From: Octopus vulgaris
Taxonomy: Eukaryota
Direction: 5' to 3'
Assembly: GCA_951406725.2 (NCBI GenBank)
Contig: OX597818.1
Span: 86,924,001 to 86,988,000 of the forward strand
DNA: 64,000 nucleotides
Made by a program: the position numbers and the translations under genes. Shown piece by piece: positions 12,768 through 24,966 of the stretch (the first letter of the stretch is position 1; the number at the start of each line of letters is the position of its first letter). The notes under the pieces are model-generated. The model was not told where the DNA came from and did no database searches. It saw only the letters and a program-made list of their open reading frames with translations.

Positions 12768-13154
12768 TAGGTGCAGGTGTGGCTGTGTGGTAAGTAACTT
12801 GCTTACCAACCACATGGTTCTGGGTTCAGTCCCACTGCGTGGCACCTTGAGCAAGTGTCTTCTACTATAGCCTCTGGCCGACCAAAGCCTTGTGAGTGGA
12901 TTTGGTAGACGAAAACTGAAAGAAGCCCGTCGTATATATGTATATTAATATATGTGTGTTTGTGTTTGTCCCCACAACATCACTGTGTGTTTAGTTTTCC
13001 GTAACTTAGTAGTTTGGCAAAAAGAGACCGATAGAATTAGTACTAGGCTTACAAAGAATAAGTGCTGGGGTTGATTCGCTCGACTAAAGGCAGTGCTCCA
13101 GCATGGCTGCAGTCAAATGACTGAAACAAATAAAAGTAAAAGAAAAAAAAAGAA
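12768..13154 (+). mobile_element. Full-length family A (CORE-like) SINE
   Basis: A-box tggctgtgtgg, B-box ggttcagtccc, CORE-like box, central TA/TG microsatellite, A-rich tail. Confidence 0.85.
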
Positions 13155-13418
13155 AGGATAATTTTAAAGCAGTGTGATGTCAAAAGGCTTAAGCAAATCC
13201 CACGTACTTATTTCCAACTCCTTGTTCCCTATTTAAAAAAAAAAAAAATTATTACTCCCACATTTTTGTTAACATCTTTGTATTAGGTTGGCATTAATCT
13301 GAAGAGGTTCCTTCAGTCATTCATTTTGGTAATCACCTCGTACTAATTCAAAATTGCCACAAATTCTTCGAGACCCTGTTTTTTTTTTTAATTATTGTTG
13401 ATTTTTTTATAACTGCAG

Positions 13419-13457
13419 ATGGCAACAAAATGCGGACTTTGGAGAGGAAATCCTTAG
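13419..13457 (+). CDS. Candidate 39-nt micro-exon of the Caskin-like gene, (D)GNKMRTLERKSL(E)
   Basis: T-rich tract plus ctgcag acceptor, ag|gtaaag donor, length divisible by 3, open in phase 1/1 matching exon 49181, in a repeat-free island. No transcript evidence. Confidence 0.6.
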   Translation: MATKCGLWRGNP

Positions 13458-13584
13458 GTAAAGTTTGTTGTGGCATTGATGAAGCCAATATATATACATA
13501 TATATACTCACACGTGTGACCTTTGTATCACACACCTTTGTAGCTTATTATTTGCCTAACAACTAACTTTGCCATCAATACATA

Positions 13585-13813
13585 ACCCTTTAACAATTCA
13601 AATTATTCTGTCAAATGTAATGCTTATATATTCACATCGTTTTTGAATTGATTAATCATGCATTCTCGCAGCTTCAACGTTTTGGTGTTGTGATTGTTTA
13701 TTTTTAAAATGACATTGTATGGTACATGTGAGAGGTAGGATCAGGTCAATTTAACTATAAAACAGGTAAAATATTTTGGCAAGATATGGCGAGTTCAGAT
13801 GCTGCAGAGCTAA
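13585..13813. mobile_element. piggyBac-like MITE (same family as 4515-5093, reverse orientation)
   Basis: taacccttta...gcagagctaa ends; internal similarity to the reverse complement of the trimer unit. Confidence 0.6.
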
Positions 13814-14402
13814 ATATGTCTCATCTCGAAAATAATCTGTTTTTAACTGTAGAGCACAAGATAGACAAAACTATAAATAATAGTATGTTAATATTACTCT
13901 AAAATCCTTTTTATCCAGAAGGTAACTTCCAAATTTTTTAAACCAGTATTTACATACTATTATTATAGCATAATCTATTTTGAGTTCTGTAGTTAAAATA
14001 AATTGTTTCAAGTTCACTTGAAGTTTCTAAATTTTTATAACATAAATCTCTCACCTTTTTTTTTTTTGTTTTCATTTATTTTTACTTCGGTTACTTTTTT
14101 TTTAAACCTTTCTATATTGATGCCGGGGGTTTTTTTTTTGTTTTTTTTTCTGCTCGCCTTTATTTGTTTAATAAAACTAACAACAAAAAAAAAAACACGC
14201 AATGGACTTTATATAAACATAACCATATGTTCTACTTTTGATAAATTTTTTTAAAGATTTCTGTGTGGTTCTCTTTGTGTGGTCACTTCTTAGGGGTCCA
14301 CTCATATCATTCTTGAACATTTATTGAGTTTGTCTCAGAGGCTCACCTCATCAATCTACCTCTCAGAAGCCTCTCTTCAGCTAGTATTTCTAGGTCTTCC
14401 AC

Positions 14403-14527
<125 letters not shown>

Positions 14528-15091
14528 TTTCTGTCTCTTGTTCCTTCCATCATCTAAAGTCATTAATTAGTGTAATTACTACTTTAATCTTCAGTCATAT
14601 TACTAAACTGGTTATAGTCATTAGAATGTGTATTGAAATATGATGATATGAATATGGTACTTTTCAGTGAAGCAGTGGTGCAGTGTTTTTGATTGTGATA
14701 ATATAGGTGTAGAGAAGACATGTAGAATAATGTCTATGAAAAAGGATTACATACTACACAATAGAGTGATGTGTGTGTGCGTAGCCTTTGTGTATTAGTG
14801 TGCAGGTAGTGTTTTGGTGTGTATTGGTAAAAAATGTTAGAGTGTCTCGGTGAAGGTATGACACTTTGGTGCTAATATGCCTGTTGTATCTTGAAGTGTG
14901 GCAGCATGAGTGTATGTGCATAGGGGAGAAGGTGTCTGTTTGTACCTGTAATATGTTGGTATGTCAGTGTGAGTGCAGTGTCTTAGTGTACGGGTGTAGG
15001 TTAGGCATGGTACTTTCGAAGTGTAAGGGTGAAATGTTTTGGAGTTGGTATGTTGTGGTGTCTTAGAGTATGGCAGCATGTCTCTGTGTGG

Positions 15092-15298
15092 CAGAAACGT
15101 TAGCACGCCAGGTGAAATGCCTAGCGGTATTTCGTCTGTCTTTACGTTCTGAGTTCAAATTCCGCCCAGGTCGACTTTGCCTTTCATCCTTTCGGGGTGG
15201 ATAAATTAAGTACTAGTTGTGCACTGGGGTCGATGTAATTGACTTAATCCCTTTGTTTGTCCCCTCTATATTTAGCCCCTTGTGGGCAATAAAGAAAT
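15092..15298 (+). mobile_element. Family B (Meta-like) SINE
   Basis: TSD atgtctctgtgtgg at 15078-15091 and 15299-15312; Meta-like core. Confidence 0.85.
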
Positions 15299-15342
15299 AT
15301 GTCTCTGTGTGGGTGCCTCATGTCTCAGTCTATGCTAGTGCA

Positions 15343-15600
15343 GTGTGGAGGTGCGTGGCTTAGTGGTTAGGGTGTTGGATTTATAATTGCAAGATTGTGG
15401 TTTCGATTCCTGGACTGAGCGGTGCATTGTGTTCTTGAGCAAAACATTTCATTTCACGTTACTCCAGTCCATTCAGCTGGTCAAAATGTGTAACCCTGAG
15501 ACGGACCAGCGTCCCATCCAGGTGGGGAATATATGCGCCATGGAGATTGGGAAACTGGCCTTTATGAGTCGGAGTGACTCGGGAAGGAAACCTTACTTCT
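15343..15600 (+). mobile_element. Family C SINE (CORE-like box plus V-domain-like tail)
   Basis: Head gtggaggtgcgtggcttagtggttag, B-box gtttcgattcc, tail gacggaccagcgtcccatccagg. Confidence 0.75.
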
Positions 15601-15869
15601 TACCTTTCTTTGTCGGTGTGATGCATGGCCTTAGTGTATGAGCATCAGTGTAGTATTTTTGAAGTACAGGAATACCTCAACTTAGTAATTGGTTCCAAGA
15701 CATGCGACTTAGCTTGAAAAGTGGCATAACATATAAAAACAGTTAAAGAAGTAACAAGTAATATCTAAAAGGCTTGTCAGTTTGCTTCGTGACCTGAATA
15801 GACAAAATGGAAAAGCAGTGCCCTGGGGGATAAGTTCTTATGTCAAAAGCCTGGTCTTGTAATCCCTTC

Positions 15870-16275
15870 TCTTTCTCTTTTACTTGTTTCAGTCATTTGA
15901 CTGCGGCCATGCTGGAGCACTGCCCTTAGTTGAGCAAATCGACCCCAGGACTTATTCTTTGTAAGCCTAGTACTTATTCTATCGGTCTCTTTTGCTGAAC
16001 CACTAAGTTACGGGGACGTAGAAGCACCAGCATCGGTTGTCAAACGATGTTGGGGGAACAAACACAGACACACAAACATACACACATATATATATATATA
16101 CACATATATATGAATGGCTTCTTTTAGTTTCTGTCTACCAAATCCACTCACAAGGCTATGGTCGACCCAAGGCTATAGTAGAAGACACTTGCCCAAGGTG
16201 CCACGCAATGGGAATGAACCCGAAACCATGTGATTGGTAAACAAGCTACTTACCACACAGCCACTCCTGCGCCTG
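15870..16275 (-). mobile_element. Full-length family A SINE
   Basis: Reverse complement of the 12768-13154 layout. Confidence 0.85.
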
Positions 16276-18306
16276 TATGTGTGACGCTTTCAACATGATA
16301 TAGCCGTAATGATTCTGATTTTTTTTAGAGTAAAAGTTTTTATGCTTTTAAATATAATATATTTGCTGAGATTGGCTTAAAGCAGAATAAATTGACTGAG
16401 GCTGAGGTTTATTTTTCGCATTGATTTCATTAAAACAATAAAAATAAAAGTTGGAAAGCACATAACTCGAAATGACAGAAGTTGAGAGGTATAAATGGGT
16501 CGACACATTACAATGAATCAATCAGCGAAGGTGAAATTGTTTTCGGAGTTACTGTTGTTTCTGCTATGTTTAAGGTTGTGTTAGCGTAGTGTCAGTGTTG
16601 ATGGTGGTATTGGTGGTGGTGGTGGGGGAGTACGCTGGTGTGAGTGCAGTAAGGTGCATGGTGAAAGTGCATCAGCAGATATATTTAACTCTAACCAAAG
16701 AGGAAGAATGCAGATAGGAAGTACAAAAACTAAACTACAATTATAGCATTATTAATGCTACAAACGAAAGCAGAGATATTTTTGCTTAACAATGGAAGTT
16801 GATTGGTTTGAATAGGTTGAATAGACAGGAGAAAGTGAGGGTAGGTGTCTGTGGGGTGGATTAAAACCAGAAATATAATTCTGACAAGAAGAATTTCTCA
16901 GAAATTCCATTTTTATTTATTTATTTTTCATTTTTGTTTTTGTTAGTATTTTTTTATATTTTGTCTTTTACTTTTGTCTTAGTCATTGGATTGCGACCAT
17001 GCTACAGCACCACCACCATAGATCTTAGTCAAACAAATCAATGCCAGCACTAATTCTTTGTTTTTCTTAAAGTCAAGTTTCTTTTGTTGAACTGCTAAGT
17101 TACGGGGATGTAAGCAAACAAATACCATCTGTCAAGTTATGCTGGGGGACCAACCACAAAGACACACGTATACTTATGTGTGTACATGAATGTGTGTACC
17201 ATCATCATCATCATCATCATTGTTGTTTAATGTCCGCTTTCTATGCTGACATGGGTTGGATGGTTTGACTAAGGACTGGCAAGCCAGGAGGCTGCACCAG
17301 GCTCCAGTCTGATTTGGCAATGTTTCTACAACTGGATGCCCTTCCTAATGCCAACCACTCTGAGAGTGTAGTGGGTGCGTTTTACGTGCTACCAGCACAG
17401 GAGCCAGTCAGGTGGCACTGTATATATATATATATATATATATCTGCCTTCCATGATGGCATGGGTTGGATGATTTGATTTGGAGCTGGCCAGACTCCAA
17501 TTGTCTGTTGTGACAGTTTCTATAGCTGGATGCCCTTCCTAATGTCAACCGCTTAAGAGTGTACTGGGTGCTTTTTATGTGGCACGGGCATTTGAAAGGA
17601 CAAGCTTCTATGTATGGAAGATAGAGATTTTACTTAGCTTATATATATACACACACACACATATATATATACACATAATGGGCTTCCACACAGTTTCCGT
17701 CTATTCACTCATAAAGCATTGATTGGCTTGAGGCTATAGTAGACCCTTACCCAAGGTGCCATGCAATAGGACTGAACCTGAAATCATGTGGTTACAAAGT
17801 GAAATTTATAATCCCACAGCTATACCTATGGAATCTTCTAGAATTCACCAAAATACTGAGAGTTCTTCTGCATCTTGGTGTGTCTCTTTCTAAACTAACA
17901 TTGTCTCTCATCCGGTCTGGGTTTTTTTTACTTTTACTAAACTCACTAAATATTCATTGAATTATTCTTGTCTTTAACTCTTTTGTGTTTGAAACTCCAC
18001 GTCAACTGCATGTTAAAATATGGTCAACTTTACCAAGCTGGTTATAATTTCTATATTGGTGTCATAACTGTTTTCCTTTGATTTTCTTCTTTTTGTGAAT
18101 ACTTATAAAATTGATGCCATATTATTTCACCCAAAGCCACATTTATAGAATAGGTTCTATATTCTTGCTTTCATGGCTAAATTTATAAAATACATACTTT
18201 ATTATTCCTCCTCTCTCTCTCTCTATATATATATATTTATTTACACACACATTTGTGTATATCAAAACATACAGAAGGACACATCTGTTCAATGCAGTTG
18301 TATGGC

Positions 18307-19030
18307 TTAACCCTTCTGACTCCAGCGTGCTTGAGACTGCCTCAGGTTTTATGATACAAACTTCCTGATTTAAAATGATCTAAATTGAAACCTTTTATCA
18401 AAATTTCATGTTTAATTCATGTTCCAAACAACAGTTTACTAATGGCAAAATTATTATCTTAGATTCTTCATTATTTTCAGAATTAACTGAAACAAAGCGG
18501 GGAGTACATTGCAACAGAAATATGATAATGAAAGTGTTTAAGAGATTGGCTTTACAACATAGTTCTAGGTAAACCACCTGAGACTGGCCATGTTTTAAAG
18601 TGCTCTGAATTAAAACCTTCCATCAAAATTTCATGTTAATTTGTTCCATGCACTAGCTTAATAATGCCAACATTATTACTTTAAATTCTTCGATTATTTT
18701 CAAAATCAATTGAAGCGAAAAGCAGTGTATTTCAAGAGAAACCATGGCATTCTAAAAGTGTTGAAGTTATTTAAATTAAAGTCTCCCATCAAAACTTCAT
18801 GTTGATTTAATGACAGTTATTTTACTAAATTGTTCAGTATTTTAAAAATTAATTGAAAGAAAGGCGGTGTATTTTAAGACAAATATAGTAACTAAAGGGT
18901 TAAAGTGATCTAAATTCAAACCTTCCCTCAAAACTTAATGTTGATTTATGTACCAAACACTAGTTTCATCATCATTGTTTAATGTCCACCTTCCATGCTG
19001 GTTATTATTAATGATGAAGTTATTTTACTA
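18307..19030. repeat. Tandem array of partial piggyBac-like MITE units (family of 1593-2044)
   Basis: Motif aaaccttccatcaaaatttcatgtt..ttttactaaattc..aattgaaa recurs four times; ttaacccttc and aaagggttaa ends. Confidence 0.65.
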
Positions 19031-19039
19031 AATTGTTCA

Positions 19040-19410
19040 TCATCATCATCATATGTCCGTTTTCCGTGCTAGCATCGGTTGGACGGTTTGATCAGGGTCT
19101 GGGAAGCCAGGAGGCTGCACCAGGCTCCAGTCTGAACTGGCAGTGTTTCTACAGCTGGATGCCCTTCCTAACGCCAACCACTCCGTGAGTGTAGTGGGTG
19201 CTTTTTACATGCCAGGCGAGGTTGGCAACGGCCACGATCGGATTGGTGCTTTTTACGTGCCACCGGCACGGAAGCCAGTCAAGGTGGCGCTGGCATTGGC
19301 CACGTTCGGATGGTGCTTTTTACGTGCCACCGTCACGGACGTGCCACTGTAAACAAACTCACAAAGATGCACACACACACACCAGCACAGGAGCCAGTCA
19401 GGTGGCACAC
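19040..19410 (-). mobile_element. Family D retroposon, well preserved
   Basis: (CAT)n, ggatgcccttcctaacgccaaccactccg, ggtgctttttacgtgccacc repeats. Confidence 0.8.
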
Positions 19411-20594
19411 ACACTTGCAGATACACTCACACATACATGATGTGCTTCTTTCAGTTTCTATCTGGCCAATCCCCTCATAAGGTTTTGGTCATCCTGGAGC
19501 TATAATAGACGACGATGACACTTGCTGTAGTGCTGTGCAGTGAGACTGAACCCAAGACTACATGGTTTAGAAATGCACTTCTTAACCACACGGCCAACCT
19601 TGTACTTACTATGAATAGAAATAACCTCAAGTTTGTATGTTTATTCTAGAGAGGTACTTATGTCAGATTAGTTGGTTCAGCACTGTAGCACACACCTTGT
19701 GACAACCTACACAATGTGGTACTTACATGAATATGTATGTATATCCACTATTATGTATGCACACACACTCTCTCTCTCTCTCTCTTTCTCTCCCTCGTGC
19801 ACTTAGTGAAATCTAATAACATAGTGATTGTTGTATGTAGAGGTTGATATATTTGTGCGTAGCAATCCAGGTGCGTGTGTGTGTGTATGTGTTGATATGT
19901 ATGGGCTAGTGTGTGAGCTGTTTGACTGTGTATGTGTGCATGTGTGTGTATGTATGTATGGGCTAGTGTGTGAGCTCAACAGCTCACACACTGTTGTTTC
20001 ATTGTGTGTGTGTGGATATGTATAGGCTAGTGTGTGAGCTCAACATCTCACACACTTGCTTGTTTGTGTGTGTTTGTGTGTGTAGATATGTCTGGACTAG
20101 TGTGTGAGCTGTTTGACTGTGTGTCTTGTAGTTGTGTGATTATAGTTTAATCATCTATGTGTGTGTGTGTGTGTGGTCAATTACACAATTTAATCCCACT
20201 TTTCAGGCCCTCTTCAACCTTAAAGACATTGGTAAACAGGAAACAATCCATTTCCATTGAGAAGTGGCCTCTAAGTATCACTTTTCAGCTAAAGAAGTGC
20301 CATCTATGTCTTCACATTCTTTATAACCATCACCACCATCGCCACATTAACTGTTGTTGTTTTGCAGATTATGAACCATGTTGTCGAGAGTTCAAATGAT
20401 AGTAAAGTTGTTGGTATAAATTAGAGCCTAGTCTTCACACTTGGACATTTTCATAAATGTTCTAGCCATTTTTAACCCTTTCCCAGCACTTTGTCACCCA
20501 TAACAAGAGAGAACACAAAGTTGGGATATTTGGGGGGAGATTATGTTATCAGTTGAATGGAATTGGAGAGGTTCCAAAACATGATAGGTTCATA

Positions 20595-21125
20595 CTTTAT
20601 AAATTTAGCCCAGAAAGCAAGAACATGGTACTTAATTTATAAATTTGGCTATGGAAGAAAGAATATGGTACCTCTTTTATAAATTTAGCCCTGGAAGGAA
20701 GAATGTGGTACCTATTTTATAAATTTGGCACTGAAACCAAGAATATGGTATCTATTTTTAAATTTGGCACTGAAAGCAAGAATATGGTACCCACTTTTAT
20801 AGATTTAGTACTGAAAGCAAGAATATGGTACCTGTTTTATAAATTAAGCACAGAAAGCAAGACTATTGTACTTGTTTTATAAATTTGGCTATAGAAGAAA
20901 GAATATAGTACCTCTTTTATAAATTTAAACACAGAAGGACTATGATACCTTGTTTATAAATCTGGCTGTTGACAAAAAATTGTGATGCCTCTTTTATAGA
21001 TTTAACTGTAGAAGAAAGACAGTAATATCTTGTTTATAAATTTGGCTGTTGACGAAAGAATACGATACCTCTTTTGTAAATTTGGCTGTGAAAGAAAGGA
21101 TATGGTTCTTAATTTATTAACTTGG
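20595..21125. repeat. Minisatellite, about 41-bp unit (ttttataaatttggcactgaaagcaagaatatggtacc)
   Basis: Roughly a dozen diverged tandem units visible. Confidence 0.9.
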
Positions 21126-21919
21126 TTGATGAATAAAGAATAAATGATATAAAGTTGTTTCTGGTTTCATGGCATTTGAATTGGAAACTAAACACTATGA
21201 GACATTTCTGTCTGATACTTTACATTCTCGGCACCACAGCAACAAAAACACCACCACCAACAACAACTACAACCCTATACTTTATAAGGTTGCACACTTT
21301 ATAAGATTGCAATTAATTAGCATTTCGCAGGAGATCTCTTAGCAAAATCACTTTAGTCTAATTTAGTCTGGACAAAGAAACCATCATTCGCATACGTGCA
21401 CCCACACCAACACACACATACATACATATATACACAACCGTTGACTCATTTTAACACTAAAGGCAAGCCAGTTCACTTAGCTTGCCATAACTTTATATGT
21501 ATCACTGTCTCAACCAGTGCTTTTATGATGTAATATGTACTGTGTTTGTGTGTTTGTTGGCTCACTTCTGTTGTATAACGGTGGTGATGGGAAGTGATTA
21601 AAGTGCACATACACACACACACACATACATAAACACACACGTAATAGATCTTCCTTTAGCTCACGTGGGATTGATCTTTGGAATGGTTTAATGGAATTAA
21701 TTCAATACAGTGTGCTTTCGTTGCTTTCTCTTCCAAATTGTCTCTATTCAAATGCTCTGTTGTGGTCATTAATGCTATTAAAACAATGAAAATGGGTTGC
21801 AATTTGGAAGAATTTAAATTCTGATTATTTATTGATGATTTCTTACACAATTTGATGTTGATTTCTATCACAACAACGGTATGATTTGGGATATTTAATC
21901 TTAAATCTCCCCTCTACTA

Positions 21920-21964
<45 letters not shown>

Positions 21965-21965
<1 letters not shown>

Positions 21966-22163
21966 TCTTTTACTTGTTTCAGTCATTTGACTGCTGCCAT
22001 GCTGGAGCACTGCCTTTAATCGAGCAACTCGAGCCCGGGACTTATTCTTTGTAAGCCCAGTACTTATTCTATCGGTCTCTTTTGCCGAACCGCTAAGTGA
22101 CGGGGACACACCAGCATCGGTTGTCAAGCAATGCTAGGGGGACAAACACAGACACACAAACAT

Positions 22164-22194
<31 letters not shown>

Positions 22195-22280
22195 TATTGC
22201 TACACACAAATATATCAACCTCTACATACAGCAATCACTATGTTATTAGATTTCACTAAGTGCACATGAGGGAGAGAAAG

Positions 22281-22315
<35 letters not shown>

Positions 22316-22402
22316 ATACATAATAGTGGATATACATACATATTCATGTAAGTACCACATTGTGTAGGTTGTCACAAGGTGTGTGCTACAGTGCTGAACC
22401 AA

Positions 22403-22455
<53 letters not shown>

Positions 22456-22615
22456 GACGGGCTTCTTTCAGTTTCCGCCCACCAAATCCACTCACAAGGC
22501 TTTGGTTGGCCCGAGGCTATAGTAGAAGACACTTGCCCAAGGTGCCACGCAGTGGGACTGAACCCGGAACCATGTGGTTGGTAAACAAGCTACCCACCAC
22601 ACAGCCACTCCTGCG

Positions 22616-22620
<5 letters not shown>
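21965..22620 (-). mobile_element. Family A SINE split by an inserted inverted copy of 19667-19866
   Basis: Tail 21965-22165, head 22455-22620; foreign segment 22196-22407 lies inside the central microsatellite. Confidence 0.85.
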
Positions 22621-22667
<47 letters not shown>

Positions 22668-23412
22668 ATCATTTAATGTCGATGTTCCATGGTACCATGA
22701 ATTGGTCCGTTTGACCAGATCCAGTTTGTTCAAGGACTGCATCAAGCTCCAATATCTGTTTTGGCATGGTTTTTACAGCTTGATGCCCTTCCTTATGCCA
22801 ACCACTTTACAGTGTGAACTAGATGCTTTTTTTTAGTGCCACCTGCACTATTGAGGTCACCATGCAGTTAACCTTGGGGAAGTTGTAAGTTTCAGCTTTT
22901 TTTTGATGAAGGACTAGTGTCCAAAATATCAAAACTCCTTTTTTAAAGCGTTAAACTAATACACTTGTTAAAACTTGTCCCACCTGCGTTCTCTTTTTAT
23001 TTACTCATATGGAATATCACTTTACTTGGAAACAGGCGAAGGTTGGTGACAGGAAGGTCACCTGACTGTATAAGATTCACCTCAACAAATTCTCTCCAAT
23101 CCATACAATTGTGGAAAAGAAGACATTAAAATGATGATGATGATGATGATGATCTTTAAAAACATCTCAAAGTAAATATTCTGACGTGTGTGTGAAGGTG
23201 AGAATGTGTGTGTGAAGGTGAGAATGTGTGTGTGTGTGGGGGGGGTTCTGAGATAAAAGTAAAGAATCTTCTAAACATTTACTTTAATACCTAATTAATT
23301 ATCATCTTCATGTTTTTCATCAATTAATGAATGAACAGCTTGCGTGTTGAAAGTTTCTGCAAGACTAAAAGACTACGTTGGCAAACATCTCTATCAATAC
23401 CCTGCCTGCTTT

Positions 23413-23414
<2 letters not shown>

Positions 23415-23491
<77 letters not shown>

Positions 23492-23690
23492 TGTGTGTAT
23501 GTATATGTGTGTGTGTGTATGTATATGTGTGTGTGTATATGTGTGTGTGTGTATGTATATGTGTGTGTGTGTATGTATATGTGTGTGTGTGTGTATGTGT
23601 GTGTATATGTGTTTGTATATATGTGTGTGTGTGTGTGTGTATATATGTGTGTGTGTGTACGTGTATATACACACACGTGCACGCATATAC
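23415..23690. repeat. (AT)n/(GT)n compound microsatellite
   Basis: Directly visible; explains six overlapping ORFs. Confidence 0.95.
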
Positions 23691-24028
23691 ACTTAACACT
23701 TCTATAAATTGTTTTTTCACTCTGCTCTTTGGTGCCGAATTTTGTGACATTCGGAAACATTCCAATAACAACAAACAACCACAACAACAATGTCTACAAA
23801 TGTTTTATTATTATTTAATAAGTGAGCACATCTAATGAGCAAGTTATTTGTTGTGTTGATTACATGTCTAAGATTAGATTGATCAAGATTCAATGTAATT
23901 AAGATTTCACATTTCCCGGTTATTAACCCCCATTGTTAGAGTTTATATTTCCAATATTAATATCTAGATCACGTTCAAATCAATTCAAACTCTGACGATC
24001 GTTATCAATTGATTTATATTCCCAGATC

Positions 24029-24656
24029 GGATCTATTCCTTTTGAACGGCAGACAATTTCTAGTTAACTAAACACTTTAAAACTTCGTATACTGGTAGAA
24101 TGTGTCAAAATAAAACATTTTTTTCTCTTGGCTTTCTTGAGAAAATTGTAATTTGTTTGCTTAACGTAGTTTAATTTTTCGAATTTTAACCAATCCTATG
24201 CTCTCTTTTGAGCTAAAATCATTTGCTGCGTCTAAAATTGAGACAACATCCTGTCACTAACCCTAAACCTCCCCCTAACCCTAAATCTTTTTTTTCCTAA
24301 TTGTTTAATTAATTTAATTGTTACGCGTGTAAAAAAAAATCTAAAGCAATGGAATTAAATTAATTTAACAATTAAGAAAAAAAGTTAGGGTTAGGGGGAG
24401 GTTTAGGGTTAGTTACAGGATGTTGTCTCAGTTTTAGACGCAGCAAATGATTTTAGTTGAATGGAGGTAATCGATTGGTTAAAATTGCCGAAATGCTCGG
24501 ATTTTCAGACGAAATATCTTACAAACTATAAAATTTTCTCAATAAAACCAAGAGAAAATGATGTTTTATAAACACATTCTACCAGTATACGAAGTTTAAA
24601 AGTGTTTAGTTAACTAGAAATTGTGTTGACATCTGCCGTTCAAAAGGAAAAGATCC
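24029..24656. mobile_element. Palindromic (fold-back) MITE with GG termini, 8-bp TSD and internal TTAGGG repeats; Merlin-like
   Basis: ggatctattccttttgaacggcag / ctgccgttcaaaaggaaaagatcc; exact TSD cccagatc at 24021-24028 and 24657-24664; arms complementary over about 290 bp. The superfamily is inferred from GG ends plus the 8-bp TSD. Confidence 0.8.
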
Positions 24657-24915
24657 CCCAGATCTATATATGATATGGTTTCTCGCCAAGTTTGAACTGA
24701 TATGGTTTGAAGGCACAGTAATGGCAAGACGGCCGATGTGGTTTCGGTGCAGGTGTAACAGAGTGGTCGAGAAGTTTTTTCTTTTTAACCATTATCAGTT
24801 TTAAGTTCATTCCCATTGCATGGCACCTTGGGGCAAGTGCTTACTACTACTATAGTTCTGGGCCAATTCAAAATATTGCGAGAGGATTTGGTAGACAGAA
24901 ATTGAAAGAAGCCCC

Positions 24916-24963
<48 letters not shown>

Positions 24964-24966
<3 letters not shown>

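Noticed and set aside
12768-12840. tRNA-like sequences with A and B boxes (many copies)
   Set aside because: All run into SINE bodies and I could not fold a convincing cloverleaf; these are SINE heads, not tRNA genes.
20368-20413. Good acceptor (ttttgcag) followed by ATG AAC CAT... (MNHVVESSNDSKVV)
   Set aside because: Stop in the phase-1 frame needed for an internal exon, and only a weak donor (g|gtataa); not supportable without RNA data.
20595-21125. 41-bp periodic array as a possible CRISPR or iteron-like locus
   Set aside because: Whole units are homologous to each other with no spacers; an ordinary minisatellite.
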